DNA of 64,000 nucleotides from assembly GCA_045863395.1 (NCBI GenBank), contig BTVJ01000030.1, positions 24,225 through 88,224 of the forward strand, written 5' to 3'. Position 1 is the first letter of the stretch; each line of letters opens with the position of its first letter. The translations under genes and the position numbers were made by a program. The notes under the pieces were generated by a model that worked only from the letters and a program-made list of their open reading frames with translations, searched no databases and was not told the DNA's origin. This DNA comes from Myxococcales bacterium. Lineage in GTDB: Bacteria; Myxococcota_A; UBA9042; JABWCM01; BTVJ01. Below, piece by piece: positions 44,655 to 56,000 of this stretch.

Positions 44655-46225
44655 GCCTCAAAGCGGCGAGCATGGCGGTCGTACTCGTCCTGGCCGCGTC
44701 CCCGGCCGGCGCCACGGGCTTCACTGACATCGGCCAGGACCTGGTCCCCGAGACGGAGACCTGGGTCCAGGTGCACGGGGCCCTGCGCGTGCGGGGCGAG
44801 CTGCTCTGGAACCTGGACCTGGACCGGGGCCTCACGCCGTCGGGGCGCGCGCTGTTCCCGGTCCCCCTGGAGGACACGACCCGCCAGGACGTCTGGAACG
44901 CGGACATGCGCGTGCGCACCGACCTGGCGTTCTACGCGCCGTTTGGGGCCATGGCGGTCAAGCTGCGCATCGACGCCTTCGACAACCTGGCGCTGGGCAG
45001 CACGCCGGATGGGATCCCGTCGGCGTCGTCGAGCCAGCGCCCGCCGGAGGACGTGCTCCGCATCAAGCGCGCCTATGGGGAGGTGCTGACGCCGTTCGGT
45101 CTCCTCGCAGCGGGCCGCATGGGCGCCCACTGGGGCCTGGGCATGTTGACCAACGGGGGAGACTGCGCCGACTGCGACAGCGGCGACGCGGCGGACCGCA
45201 TCGCCTTCATCACGCCGCTTCTGGGGCACATCTGGGCCGTCGCCTACGACTTCAGCTCCGTGGGACCAACCACGAAGCGGGTCGGCAGCTCCCGGGTCGT
45301 GGACTTCGAGCCGAGCGACAACGTGCACACCATCTCGTTCGCGTTCATGGCGTGGCGCAGCGACCTGGCGCGGGAGCGGCGGCGCAAGGCCGGCAAGACC
45401 ACCGTGGACTACGGGCTGCTCTTCTCACACCGCTGGCAGGAGAACGACATCCCGGCATCCTGGGTGTCCCTCGCCCAGCCCCTCACGCGGTACGACAGCT
45501 CCCAGGTCATGGCGCGGGGCTTCACGGCGACGGCCTTCGACGGCTGGGTGCGGGTCACCCACCCGGACCTCCGCATCGAGGCGGAGGCCGCGGTCCTCTT
45601 GGGGTCCGTGGAGCAGGCGTCGCTGATCCCCGGCGCCCTGCTGCGCGAGGGGGTGGAGTCCCTCCAGGTGGGGGTCGCCCTGGAGTCCGAGTTTGGCGCG
45701 TTGGAGGGACCCGTGAGCGGTGGCCTGGACGCGGGCTACGCCAGCGGCGACCCCGCGCCGGGCTTCGGAGCCGTCGCCGCTGGCAATGCGGCCTACGGTG
45801 CGCCGGGGGAGCTGGACGGCGCCCAGGCGCTCCCGCCCCACGACCTGCGCAACGACAACTTCCGCTTCCACCCGGACTACCGCGTCGACCGCATCCTGTT
45901 CCGCGAGATCATCGGGACCGTGTCCGACGCCGTGTACGTGCGCCCCCACGTGACGTGGCGGTTCCTGGACCTCGGGGCCGGTCGCTTCTCTGCGTCCCTG
46001 GCGGCCATCGCCTCCTTTGCGGTAGAGTCCGCGTCCGCGCCCGGCGGGGAGTCGCCGCTCGGCCTGGAGCTCGACCCGACGCTGGTCTACGAGAGCCGGG
46101 ACGGCTTCCTGCTGGCCCTGGACTACGCGGCCCTGTTCCCGTTTTCGGGGCTCGACAACCCGGCGGCCGGCCTGACGGCACGCCCCGCGCAGCTCGCGAG
46201 GCTGCGCGTGCACTTCGCGTTTTGA
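44651..46225 (+). CDS. Outer-membrane beta-barrel, TIGR04551-like
   Basis: Signal peptide; IKRAYGEV..PFG..AGRM..HWGLG, DCADCDSGD, FRFHPDYRVDRILFR; terminal Phe. Confidence 0.75.
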   Translation: MSLKAASMAVVLVLAASPAGATGFTDIGQDLVPETETWVQVHGALRVRGELLWNLDLDRGLTPSGRALFPVPLEDTTRQDVWNADMRVRTDLAFYAPFGAMAVKLRIDAFDNLALGSTPDGIPSASSSQRPPEDVLRIKRAYGEVLTPFGLLAAGRMGAHWGLGMLTNGGDCADCDSGDAADRIAFITPLLGHIWAVAYDFSSVGPTTKRVGSSRVVDFEPSDNVHTISFAFMAWRSDLARERRRKAGKTTVDYGLLFSHRWQENDIPASWVSLAQPLTRYDSSQVMARGFTATAFDGWVRVTHPDLRIEAEAAVLLGSVEQASLIPGALLREGVESLQVGVALESEFGALEGPVSGGLDAGYASGDPAPGFGAVAAGNAAYGAPGELDGAQALPPHDLRNDNFRFHPDYRVDRILFREIIGTVSDAVYVRPHVTWRFLDLGAGRFSASLAAIASFAVESASAPGGESPLGLELDPTLVYESRDGFLLALDYAALFPFSGLDNPAAGLTARPAQLARLRVHFAF

Positions 46226-46228
46226 GCC

Positions 46229-47113
46229 ATGAAGAGACTGCTGCCGTTGGTCCTGCTCCTCGCCTGCGACACGAACCAGACCCCCGTGCCCGGCAAGGGC
46301 CAGTACGTGACCCCCGAGCCGGACGTGCTGTCCGGCTACCCCACGACCCCGGACGGCGACCCCTACCAGCCGCCAGGGCCCGCGGCCATCGAGTGCATGC
46401 CGAACCTCGACGGCAAGATCAGCGCCGACGAGCTCAAGGCGGCCTTCGGGGTGCCCGTGTCCTACCTGGTCAATCCGGCGAACACCGAGCGGTCGGTCAA
46501 CGTGGTGGGCGTGAAGGGGGAGGGAGTGCACTATTGGGACTGGTCTGTGGACCGCGCCGACGACCAGGTGGCGACCTTCGTGGCGACGACGCTCGACGGC
46601 AAGTGGTACGCCGCGTCGTTTCCCAGTGGCGAGTTCGTCACTTCCCTGGACGCGGGCGGAACGGTGGACTCGGTGTATCGCCGCGATGACGAGGCCCTGT
46701 GGCTCCTCGGGGTCGCCTCGCGGGAGGAGAACCCCAAGGCGGGCCAGACGCTGCTCGTCTATGACAAGCCGATTCCCCTGTTCCGGTTCCCCATCGAGCC
46801 GGGGTCGAAGTGGGTCGCGAGCGCCAGCATCCAGGGCGGCAAGCTGTATGGGCTGCCCTACGCGGGCAAGGACATCTACGAGGTCAGCGTCGACGGCATC
46901 GGCGAGCTGGCCCTGCGGGACCTGACCTTCACCCAGGCGCTGCGCGTGCGCACGAAGACGACGGTGTCTCCGGCGGTGGGCAAGGCGGTCAGCAAGCGGC
47001 AGGTGTCCTTCCTCTTCGAGTGCTTCGGCGAGGTGGCGCGCGCGACCAGCCGCAACGACGAGCCCGCTGAAGACTTCACCACGGCGGTCGAGGTGCGCCG
47101 CCTGGGGCTCTGA
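46229..47113 (+). CDS. Lipoprotein, paralog of 42721-43749
   Basis: MKRLLPLVLLLAC; CMPNLDGKISADE; ECFG...EVRRL. Confidence 0.8.
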   Translation: MKRLLPLVLLLACDTNQTPVPGKGQYVTPEPDVLSGYPTTPDGDPYQPPGPAAIECMPNLDGKISADELKAAFGVPVSYLVNPANTERSVNVVGVKGEGVHYWDWSVDRADDQVATFVATTLDGKWYAASFPSGEFVTSLDAGGTVDSVYRRDDEALWLLGVASREENPKAGQTLLVYDKPIPLFRFPIEPGSKWVASASIQGGKLYGLPYAGKDIYEVSVDGIGELALRDLTFTQALRVRTKTTVSPAVGKAVSKRQVSFLFECFGEVARATSRNDEPAEDFTTAVEVRRLGL

Positions 47114-47152
47114 GCATTCAGTAACAATCGGCGCGAGATCAGGAGGACCCCC

Positions 47153-47431
47153 ATGCTCTGGGATCTGTGGAAGAAGGGCTTCAACGCCTGGGAGAACGCG
47201 ACGGCCCAGTATCTGGAGACCGTGCTGAAGAGCCCGCTGGTGCTCACTCCCTCGGGGGCGCTGCTCACGGCGGTCATGAAGGCGAAGGCCAGGCACGACG
47301 AGGCGCTCGCGAAGGTGTGGGGCGCGGCCGGGCTCTCCACGCGCCGCGACCAGGAGCGGACGCTCCATGCGCTCAACCAGATCCAGTCGCGCTTGATCGA
47401 CATCGAGGAGCGCCTGGCCGACCGCGGCTGA
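47153..47431 (+). CDS. Mini PhaE-like protein (C-terminal coiled-coil part only)
   Basis: 92 aa; GLSTRRDQERTLHALNQIQSRL resembles the PhaE LPTRxE/D coiled coil; AGGAGG RBS. Confidence 0.6.
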   Translation: MLWDLWKKGFNAWENATAQYLETVLKSPLVLTPSGALLTAVMKAKARHDEALAKVWGAAGLSTRRDQERTLHALNQIQSRLIDIEERLADRG

Positions 47432-47455
47432 CGCCTGTAACTTGGGAGACCCGCC

Positions 47456-49186
47456 ATGGACATCACGCCCTACACCGAGCCCAAGATCGCCCCGCGCGCC
47501 GTGTTCGACACCCTGTCCGAGAGATCATCTCGGCCCCGGTTCATGCTCCCGGCCGGCCAGGACTGGTCCGTAGTGACGTGGGGCCAGTTCGCGCGGCAGA
47601 TTCGTGACTGCGCGTCGTTCCTCGCCGGCGCCGGACTGCTGGCGCCAGGCGAGCGCGCCTGCGTCTACTCCGGCAACCGGGTGGAGTGGGTCTCGGCGGC
47701 GCTGGCCGTCCAGGCGGCCGGCGGCGTGATGGTGCCCATCTACGCCTCGAACACCGCGGAGCAGGCGGGCTACGTCATCGCCCACAGCGACGCGCGGGTG
47801 GTGTTCGTGGACGGCGCCGCGCTGCTCGGGCGCCTCTTCCAGACCTGGGAGTCTCTGGAGGGCGTGCGCCGTGTGGTGGTCCTCGACGACGCGCTGGATC
47901 CTTGGGCGGTGCTGGCGGGGCTGCGCTCCAAAGGGTTTGCCGTCCCGCCCGTCGCCGACGTGGAGCGCCGCCTGTGCGGCTGGAGCCACGCCCTGGCGGC
48001 CGGGAGCGCCAGGGACCAGGAGTCTCCGGGCGCCTTCGAGCGCGTCATGGACGCGGTGGAGCTGGACCAGGTCGGGCTGATGCTCTACACGAGCGGGACC
48101 TCGGGGAACCCCAAGGGCGTGCCGCTCACCCACAGAAACGTGGCGTCCAACGGCCTCGACTGGCTGGTCTGCAACGGCCCGCTCATCGACGAGTCCGCCG
48201 TGGACCTGCTCTGGCTGCCGATGAGCCACATCTTCGGCTTTGGCGAGGCCTGCCTCGGAAACACCCTCGGGTTCACGTCGTACCTGGTGGACCCACTGTC
48301 CGTGATGGGCCGGCTCCCCGAGGTGCGCCCCAGCGTCTTCATGAGCGTGCCCAGCGTGTGGGAGAAGCTCGCTACGACCGCCATGGCGGAGGCGACGTCA
48401 GACCGCCGCAGGGAGCGACTCGCCGAGGTGACGGGCGGGCGCCTGCGGTTCTGTCTGTCGGGTGGCGCGGGCCTCAAGCGAGAGGTCAAGGAGTTCCTGC
48501 ACGAGCACGGCCTCCTGATCATCGAGGGCTACGGCCTCACGGAGGCGTCTCCGACCCTGACCCTGAACCGTCCGGACGCCTTCCGCTTCGACACGGTGGG
48601 CAGGCCCCTGCCGTCGGTGGAGATCCGGCTGGCGGAGGACGGCGAGATCCTGGCGAAGGGCCCCAACGTCTTCGCCGGCTACCACAAGGACCCGGAGGCG
48701 ACCGCGGAGACCCTGACCGTAGACGGGTGGCTCAAGACGGGCGACATCGGGCGATTCACCGAGGACGGCTTCCTGCAGATCATCGACCGCAAGAAGGACA
48801 TCCTGGTGACCGCTGGCGGCAAGAACGTGGCGCCCGCGAACATCGAGGTGCGCTTCGCCGGAGACCCGCTCATCGCCCACGTGGTGGTGTTCGGGGACGG
48901 GCGGCGCTACCTGACCGCAGGTATCTGGGTGAATCGGGACGTTGCGGCCGCGGAGATGGCAGCGGCGGGGATTGAGACAGCGAACGGGGACTGGCTCCAG
49001 GCCCGTGTCCAGGCCCGGGTCGACGCGGTCAACGCCGAGCTGGCGAGCTACGAGACCATCAAGCGCTTCCGCATCATGGACGAGCCCCTCACGGTGGAGG
49101 GGGGCCTGCTGACGCCGACGCTCAAGGTGAAGCGCAAGCAGGTCGCCGCGCGCTTCGGATCGGCCCTGGAGGAGCTCTACGCATGA
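47456..49186 (+). CDS. fadD: Long-chain fatty acid-CoA ligase
   Basis: [53 protein letters not shown]. Confidence 0.9.
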   Translation: MDITPYTEPKIAPRAVFDTLSERSSRPRFMLPAGQDWSVVTWGQFARQIRDCASFLAGAGLLAPGERACVYSGNRVEWVSAALAVQAAGGVMVPIYASNTAEQAGYVIAHSDARVVFVDGAALLGRLFQTWESLEGVRRVVVLDDALDPWAVLAGLRSKGFAVPPVADVERRLCGWSHALAAGSARDQESPGAFERVMDAVELDQVGLMLYTSGTSGNPKGVPLTHRNVASNGLDWLVCNGPLIDESAVDLLWLPMSHIFGFGEACLGNTLGFTSYLVDPLSVMGRLPEVRPSVFMSVPSVWEKLATTAMAEATSDRRRERLAEVTGGRLRFCLSGGAGLKREVKEFLHEHGLLIIEGYGLTEASPTLTLNRPDAFRFDTVGRPLPSVEIRLAEDGEILAKGPNVFAGYHKDPEATAETLTVDGWLKTGDIGRFTEDGFLQIIDRKKDILVTAGGKNVAPANIEVRFAGDPLIAHVVVFGDGRRYLTAGIWVNRDVAAAEMAAAGIETANGDWLQARVQARVDAVNAELASYETIKRFRIMDEPLTVEGGLLTPTLKVKRKQVAARFGSALEELYA

Positions 49187-50193
49187 GGGGCCTCGTCAAG
49201 CTGGCGAAGCGCCTGCGGCAGCGTCCTGTGGTGGGCGCGACCCCCGCCGACGTGATGCACCGCGAGAACAAGTGGCGGCTCCTCCGATACCGTCGCGAGG
49301 CGCCGCCGGCGTGGCGCACCCCGGTATTGCTCGTCCCGTCGCTGATCAACCGCCACTACGTGCTCGACCTGATGCCCGGCAAGAGCTTCGCCGAGTGGAT
49401 GGTCGCACGCGGCCACGACGTGTGGGTCATCGACTGGGGCACCCCGTCCGCAGAGGACCGCTACGTCACCTTCGACGACATCGTGGATGGCGCCCTCGGG
49501 CGTGCGCTGCGGGTCACGGCGAGTGAGAGCGGCAGCGGCAGGGTCCACGTCCTCGGCTACTGCATGGGCGGCACTCTGGCCGCCATCCACGCGGCGGTGC
49601 GCCCTGCTCGCGTCGCTACGCTGATGGCCCTGGCTGCTCCCGTGCGCTTCGACGACGACGGCCTGCTCTCGCGCTGGACCCGCACCTCCACCTTCGACAT
49701 CGACGCCCTGGTGGACGGCACCGGCAACGTCCCCTGGCAGCTCATGCAGTCGGCCTTCCACCTGCTGCGCCCCACCCTCAACCTGAGCAAGGCGGTCCAC
49801 CTGCTGGAGCAGGCGTGGAACGACCAGGACCTCGACGGCTTCTTCGCCCTGGAGACCTGGGGCAACGACAACGTCTCCCTCCCCGGGGAGCTCTATCGCC
49901 GCTACATCCGCGACTTGTATCAGGGCGACGCGCTACGCCACGGCCGCTTCTCCCTCTCCGGCCGCCCGGTGCGTCTGTCCGCGATCACCTGCCCGACCCT
50001 CGCCGTCACCTTCGAGCACGACAACATCGTGCCGTGGCAGAGCTGCGCCGAGCTCATCGACCAGGTGGGCGCCGAGGACAAGGAGCGCCTCCACCTCCCC
50101 GGCGGCCACGTGGGCGGCGTGGTCAGCAGCAAGGCGGCGACGCGCCTCTGGCCGAAGCTGTCGGGTTGGTGGGCGGCGCGCGACGCGGTATAG
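49183..50193 (+). CDS. phaC: PHA synthase, class III-like PhaC subunit (copy 2)
   Basis: [37 protein letters not shown] overlap with fadD. Confidence 0.87.
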   Translation: MRGLVKLAKRLRQRPVVGATPADVMHRENKWRLLRYRREAPPAWRTPVLLVPSLINRHYVLDLMPGKSFAEWMVARGHDVWVIDWGTPSAEDRYVTFDDIVDGALGRALRVTASESGSGRVHVLGYCMGGTLAAIHAAVRPARVATLMALAAPVRFDDDGLLSRWTRTSTFDIDALVDGTGNVPWQLMQSAFHLLRPTLNLSKAVHLLEQAWNDQDLDGFFALETWGNDNVSLPGELYRRYIRDLYQGDALRHGRFSLSGRPVRLSAITCPTLAVTFEHDNIVPWQSCAELIDQVGAEDKERLHLPGGHVGGVVSSKAATRLWPKLSGWWAARDAV

Positions 50194-50234
50194 GACTCAG
50201 AAGGGGGCTCCCGGGGGCCCCGCCAGCGGGGCGG

Positions 50235-50304
50235 GGGGGTCAAGTATACTCATATCTCATATACCGGCGCGCCGGTATATGAGATATGAGTATACTTGAC
50301 CCCC
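50235..50304. repeat. Perfect 70-bp palindrome between convergent genes
   Basis: GGGGGTCAAGTATACTCATATCTCATATACCGGCG|CGCCGGTATATGAGATATGAGTATACTTGACCCCC; 35/35 pairs. Confidence 0.97.
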
Positions 50305-50356
50305 TCGCTCGTGACCGCTGCCGCGAGCGCCTACGCTGTCCAGCCGTGCCGCAGCG

Positions 50357-52981
50357 TCACTTGCAGGCCGCCGTGCGGATGAACAGGCAGGCGCCGCTGG
50401 TCGGGTCGCAGAGGTCCAGGGTGCACGGCTCCCCGTCGTCGCAGGTCGTCGTGACGTGCGTGCAGCCGCCGGTCGTGCACCCATCCGCGGTGCAGGTGTC
50501 GCCGTCGGCGCAGTCCGCCGCGGTCGTGCAGCCTGCGCAGCCCAGGACCGGGACGTGGCCGCAGAGGCCCCCGAGGCCGCACGAGTCCTTCGTGCAGGGG
50601 TCGCCGTCTCCGCAAGGGGGCTCGCCCGCCACACACAGGCCCGTGGCCGGGTCACAGCCGGCTACGGTGCACGGGTCGCCATCCTCGCAGGACAGCAGCG
50701 GGTGCTCGCACTGGCCGGTCACCGCGTCGCATGCGTCCACGGTGCAGGGGTCGCCGTCGTCACAGTCCAGCGAGGCGTGGGTGCAGGAGCCGTCCGGCAG
50801 GCAGGTGTCCACGGTGCATGGATCGCCGTCCGTACAGCTCGGCCCGGACGTACAGCCCGTGCAACCCGGCTGCGGCAGGTGGTCGCAGGCGCCCCCGTCG
50901 CACACGTCGATGGTGCAGGGGTCGCCGTCGTGGCAGGACAAGGACGTCTGAGCGCAGGCGCCCCCGTCGCACACGTCGTCCGTACACGGGTCGCCGTCGT
51001 CGCAGTCGATGGGCGTCGTGGCGCAGGCGCCCCCGGAACACGCGTCGGTGGTGCAGGGGTCGCTGTCGTCGCAGAGCGGGACCGTGACGCAGCCGAGCCC
51101 AGGCACGCAGCCATCCTGGGTGCAGGGGTCGCCGTCACTGCACGTAGCCACCACGTGGCTGCACCCCGCGGCCGTGTCGCAGGAGTCCACCGTGCAGGCG
51201 TCACCGTCGTCGCAGGCCACCGGCGCGAAGGCGCAGCCGGTCCCCGGCGCGCAGGAGTCCGTCGTGCAGACGCTGCCGTCGTCGCACGCCTTGGGGGTCG
51301 TGGTGCAGCCGAACGCCGGGTCGCAGCCGTCCTGCGTGCAGGCGTCGCCGTCGTCGCAGGTCGAGCCGGTGTGGCTGCAACCGAGCAGCGGGTGGCAGGC
51401 GTCCTGCGTGCAGGCGTCGGCGTCGTCGCAAGGGTCCGCCACCGACGCGCACCCGAGGGTCGGGTCGCATGTGTCCAGGGTGCAGGGGTCGCCGTCGTTG
51501 CAGCTCACCGGCGCGTGGCTGCACCCCTTGACCGGGTCGCACCAGTCCTCGGTGCAGGCGGAGCCGTCGTCGCACGACAGGGGCGTGAAGGCGCACCCCG
51601 CCAGGGGATCGCAGGCGTCCTCGGTGCACGGGTTGAGGTCCGTGCATGGGGCCGGCGACGCGGCGCAGACGCCGTTGGAGCAGGCGGCGCTGGTACAGGC
51701 GTCGGTCGGGCAGTCGGCCGCCGTCGTGCAGCTCTGGCACGACGGGTCGGGCACCGCAGCGCACCCACCGGGGCCGCACGAGTCCACCGTGCAGGGGTCT
51801 CCGTCGTCGCAGGACACGCCCTTGTGCGTGCAGCCTCCTGCGCAGGCGTCCGCGGTGCATGGGTCGCCGTCGTCGCAGTCCGTCGGTGAGTAGGAGCAGG
51901 CGCCGCCGGAGCACGAGTCGTCAGTGCATGGGTTGAGGTCGTCGCAGGGCAAGGCCGTGACGACGCACCCGCCGCCGAAGAGGTCGCAGGAGTCGGTGGT
52001 GCAGGGGTCACCGTCATCGCAGAGGAGTGGCGCGTGCGCGCAGCTCCCCCCGGCGCAGGTGTCCGCGGTGCAGGGGTTGCCGTCGTCGCACGCCAGCGGT
52101 GCCGTCTCGCACTCTCCACCGAGACAGGCGTCCGTCGTGCATGGGTCGCCGTCGTCGCAGACCACGGGGGCGTTGACGCACCCCGCCGCGCCGCAGGAGT
52201 CGTCCGTGCAAGGGTCGCCGTCTTCGCAGCTCAGGGGCTCGTGGGCGCACGCTCCGCCTGCACAGGCATCGGCCGTACACGGGTCTCCGTCGTCGCAGGC
52301 GCTCAGGTGGATGCAGCCCCCCGGGCCGCAGGAGTCTACGGTGCACGCGCTGCCGTCGTCGCAGTCGCTGGGGGCCGCCCCGCAGCCGCTCGCCGGGTCG
52401 CAGGAGTCGTCGGTGCACGGGTCCCCGTCGTCGCACGCCGCCGGGGTGAAGGCGCAGGCCCCCGTCGCGGTACACGCGTCGCTCGTGCAGGCGTCGCCGT
52501 CGTCACACGGGGTGGGCGCGGAGACGCATGCGCCGGTCGCGTCGCAGGAGTCGTCCGTGCATGGGTCGCCGTCGTCGCACGGGATGGGCGCGGAGACGCA
52601 TGCGCCGGTCGCGTCGCAGGAGTCGTCCGTGCATGGGTCGCCGTCGTCGCAGCTCTTGCCCTGGCACGGTGGCTCGGCGCCGTCACCTGCGTCGGCCGCC
52701 TCACCCGCGTCACCCGCGTCTGCCCCACCGTCGGAGGCACCGCCCCCGGCGTCCTCGGCGGAGGCGTCCTCGGCGACGTCCAGGGGCGCCTCTCCGTCGG
52801 CTCCCGGTCCGCCCCCGGCGTCGCCGTCGGCCCCCAAGCCATCGCCCCCCACCACGTCCTGCGGGGTGCTCCCGTCCTCGCCCACGTCTGTGGACGGAGG
52901 CGGCGCCGGCCCATCGGACGCGCACCCGGCGAGGGCGAGCGCGCTGAGGAACAGTGCGGCGAACTTGATGCTGCGCTTCAT
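50357..52981 (-). CDS. Cys-rich repeat lipoprotein (CDDGDPCTxDxC), no recognisable catalytic domain
   Basis: Lipobox LAGC; acidic linker; ~24-aa repeats run to the stop. Confidence 0.85.
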   Translation of the reverse strand: MKRSIKFAALFLSALALAGCASDGPAPPPSTDVGEDGSTPQDVVGGDGLGADGDAGGGPGADGEAPLDVAEDASAEDAGGGASDGGADAGDAGEAADAGDGAEPPCQGKSCDDGDPCTDDSCDATGACVSAPIPCDDGDPCTDDSCDATGACVSAPTPCDDGDACTSDACTATGACAFTPAACDDGDPCTDDSCDPASGCGAAPSDCDDGSACTVDSCGPGGCIHLSACDDGDPCTADACAGGACAHEPLSCEDGDPCTDDSCGAAGCVNAPVVCDDGDPCTTDACLGGECETAPLACDDGNPCTADTCAGGSCAHAPLLCDDGDPCTTDSCDLFGGGCVVTALPCDDLNPCTDDSCSGGACSYSPTDCDDGDPCTADACAGGCTHKGVSCDDGDPCTVDSCGPGGCAAVPDPSCQSCTTAADCPTDACTSAACSNGVCAASPAPCTDLNPCTEDACDPLAGCAFTPLSCDDGSACTEDWCDPVKGCSHAPVSCNDGDPCTLDTCDPTLGCASVADPCDDADACTQDACHPLLGCSHTGSTCDDGDACTQDGCDPAFGCTTTPKACDDGSVCTTDSCAPGTGCAFAPVACDDGDACTVDSCDTAAGCSHVVATCSDGDPCTQDGCVPGLGCVTVPLCDDSDPCTTDACSGGACATTPIDCDDGDPCTDDVCDGGACAQTSLSCHDGDPCTIDVCDGGACDHLPQPGCTGCTSGPSCTDGDPCTVDTCLPDGSCTHASLDCDDGDPCTVDACDAVTGQCEHPLLSCEDGDPCTVAGCDPATGLCVAGEPPCGDGDPCTKDSCGLGGLCGHVPVLGCAGCTTAADCADGDTCTADGCTTGGCTHVTTTCDDGEPCTLDLCDPTSGACLFIRTAACK

Positions 52982-53079
52982 GCTCACACCCCTGGATTCC
53001 TGACGTCGTGCTACCATACCATCACCGTGCGCACGGTTCGACCCTCCGCACCACGACGTGCGGCCTCAGGAGGTGCCCC

Positions 53080-56000
53080 ATGGCAGCCAGGCTCCTTCCC
53101 GCCCTCATCCTGCTCTCCACATCCGCCGCCCTGGCGGCCATCCCCCAGACGCTGCGCGTCCAGGGGGCCCTGCTGACGCAGGCCGGCTCGCCGGTCGAGG
53201 GGACCCACGCGGTCACCCTGCGCCTCTTCGCGACGGAGACCGGGGGCACGGCACTGCACCAGCAGTCGTTCCCGTCCGTGGCGGTGGAGCGGGGGGTCTT
53301 CGACGTGGTCATGGGCCCGCTGCCGGCGGGCCTCCTGGAGTCGAACGACGTCCTCTGGCTGGAGTCCACGGTCGCCGGAGGGGCGGCGCTCCCCCGGTCG
53401 CAGGTGCTGGCCACCCCGTTCGCCCTCCGCGCCGCCCGCGCCGACGTGGCGGGTGATCTCCAGTGTACGGGGTGTGTCGGCCCCCTGGACGTCGCGCAAG
53501 GGACCATCGCGACGGGTCACCTCGCCGATGGAGCCGTCACCTCCGCCAAGACGGGCTTCAATTATGCCCTCTCGGACGCCAAGGGCGGGCCGGCCCTCGG
53601 ACTGTCCTGCGTTGGCTGCATCGATCCCGGAATGCTCTCCTTCGGCTACGCGGGCAGCGCCACCGCGGGCGGAGCGGCCACCGACCTCGCCTGCACCGGC
53701 TGCGTGGGCTCCGCCGACGTCGCCGATGGCTCCCTCACCGGCGCCGACATCGCAGACGGCTCCATCGGCAGCGCCGACGTGGGCTTCAACTACGCCCTCT
53801 CGGACTCCAAGGGCGGGGGCGCGCTGGCGCTGTCCTGCACGGGCTGCGTGGGCGCCTCCCACCTGGCCCCGAACAGCGTGACGAGCGCGACCATCGCCAA
53901 CGGCGCCGTCGCCCTCGTGGACCTCGCCTTCGACCCGGCGACCCAGGCGGAGCTGGACGCCCACGCGCAGAACGCCTCGGCGCACCACGCGCGCTACACG
54001 GACGCGGAGGCGGTGGCCGCCATCCAGGCTGCGACAGGGCTCACCCTGTCGGGCAACCTCAACCTGGGCGGCAACCACCTGACGGGCATGCGCTTCCAGC
54101 TCGCGGCCTCGCCCCCGGTCTCCTGCGGGCCCACCCTTGTCGGCTTCGCCTACTACGACATCGGGGAGAAGGTCCTGAAGATCTGCGACGGCGCGAGCTT
54201 CCAGGGGGCCAGCGGCAGCGGGGGCCACCCCCTCGGGTCGGCGCTCAACCCGGGGGCGAGCTGCAAGGCCATCAAGGCGGCCAACGGGTCCGCCGCGTCG
54301 GCCGTCTACTGGGTGACGCCCAACGGCGGGGCCGCCCAGCAGGTCTACTGCGACATGACGACCATGGGGGGCGGCTGGACGCTGCTCATGAAGGCGGCGG
54401 GCACCACCTTCGCCTGGGACAGCGCACACTGGACAACGGCGACCACCTACAACGACACCAGCCTCTCGCCGACCTTCGAGGCCGCCAAGCTCTCGACCTT
54501 CAACCAGATGCCGGTGCGGGAGCTGCTGATCGTCTCCCAGGCGGGTAACGCGACGCGCCTGGCCCTGCCGGAGCAGCAGACGGCGCTTGCGCTGTTCCAG
54601 GGCGGCACGACCGTGCTCACCCACGTGGAGGGCTCGGCCACGCCCGGCGAGCTGATCAACAACAAGGTCTGGAGCTACTGCGGCTCGCCGTGGCGCGTCA
54701 ACACCAAGGGCGCCTACGCGGCGTACATCCGCCTCGGCGGCTGGGCGAACTACGTCTGGGACTGCTCCTACGGCGCCGATGGGGCCGGGCAGCCCACGGG
54801 GGCTCACCTGTTGGGGCTGGGGCTCCTCGACAACCAGTGGTCGCCCTACACCTACAACAAGAAGAGCTTTGGCATCCGCGACGCCCACGACCAGAACAAC
54901 CTGAACCCAGGGCAGCTCACCTCCGGGGCGCTGGTGTACGGCCGCGAGGAGGGGACGGTGGGACCGGACACGGCGCTCGGCACCTTCGAGAAGCCCGGCG
55001 ATAGCTGCCGCCACATCCTGGCCGAGGGGGCCTCGGTGGGTGACGGAGTCTACTGGGTCAAGACGCAGGCGGGCGCTCCGTACAAGGCCTGGTGCGACAT
55101 GACGAACATGGGGGGCGGCTGGACGCTCCTCCTGTCCACCGGCGCCAACACGACCTTCGCCTTCGACAGCGCACTGTGGACCAACACGACGCTCCTGAAC
55201 GACACGACGCCGGTGGGCACCTACACGGACTCCAAGCTGGCGTCGTTCGGCGACTACCCGGTCACCGAGCTCCTGCTGAAGAGCGCGAACGGGGGCATGA
55301 CGCGCCTCGGGATGCCGACCCTCCAGACCGCGCGCGCACTCTTCAACGGGCCGACCAACACGCTGCCCCTGCTCGAGGGGGCCGCGACGCCCGGCCAGCT
55401 CATCAACGGCAAGACCTGGAGCTACTGCGGCTCTCCATGGCGCGTCAACTCGCAAGGCGCCTACGCCGCCTACATCCGCCTCGGCGGGTGGGCCAACTAC
55501 GTGTGGGACTGCTCCTATGGCAACGACGGGGCAGGGCAGCCCACCGGCGCGCACCTGCTCGGCTTCGGGCTCCTGGACAACCAGTGGTCGCCCTTCAGCT
55601 ACAACCGCAAGAGCTTCGGTGTGCGAGACGCCCACGACCAGAACTACCTGAATCCCGGGCAGCTCTCCGTTGGCGCGCGCATCTACGGGCGCGGGCCCCT
55701 CGCTCCGTCGTCCGGTGACAAGCTCGGGAGCGAGGCGAATCCGGCGCTGAGCTGCAAGGCGGTGCTCGACGCGGGAGATTCGGTGGGAGACGGCGCCTAT
55801 TGGCTCAAGACGCCCGACGGCGCCGTCACGTACCGGGCCTACTGCGACATGACGACGGCGGGCGGCGGCTGGACTCTGCTCCTCAAGGGCCACTCGACGA
55901 CCTTTGCCTGGGACTCGGCGCACTGGACGACGGCGACCACGGTCAACGCGGGCGACGTGAGCGCGTCGGTCGGGTCGGCCAAGTATGCGTCGTTCAATAC

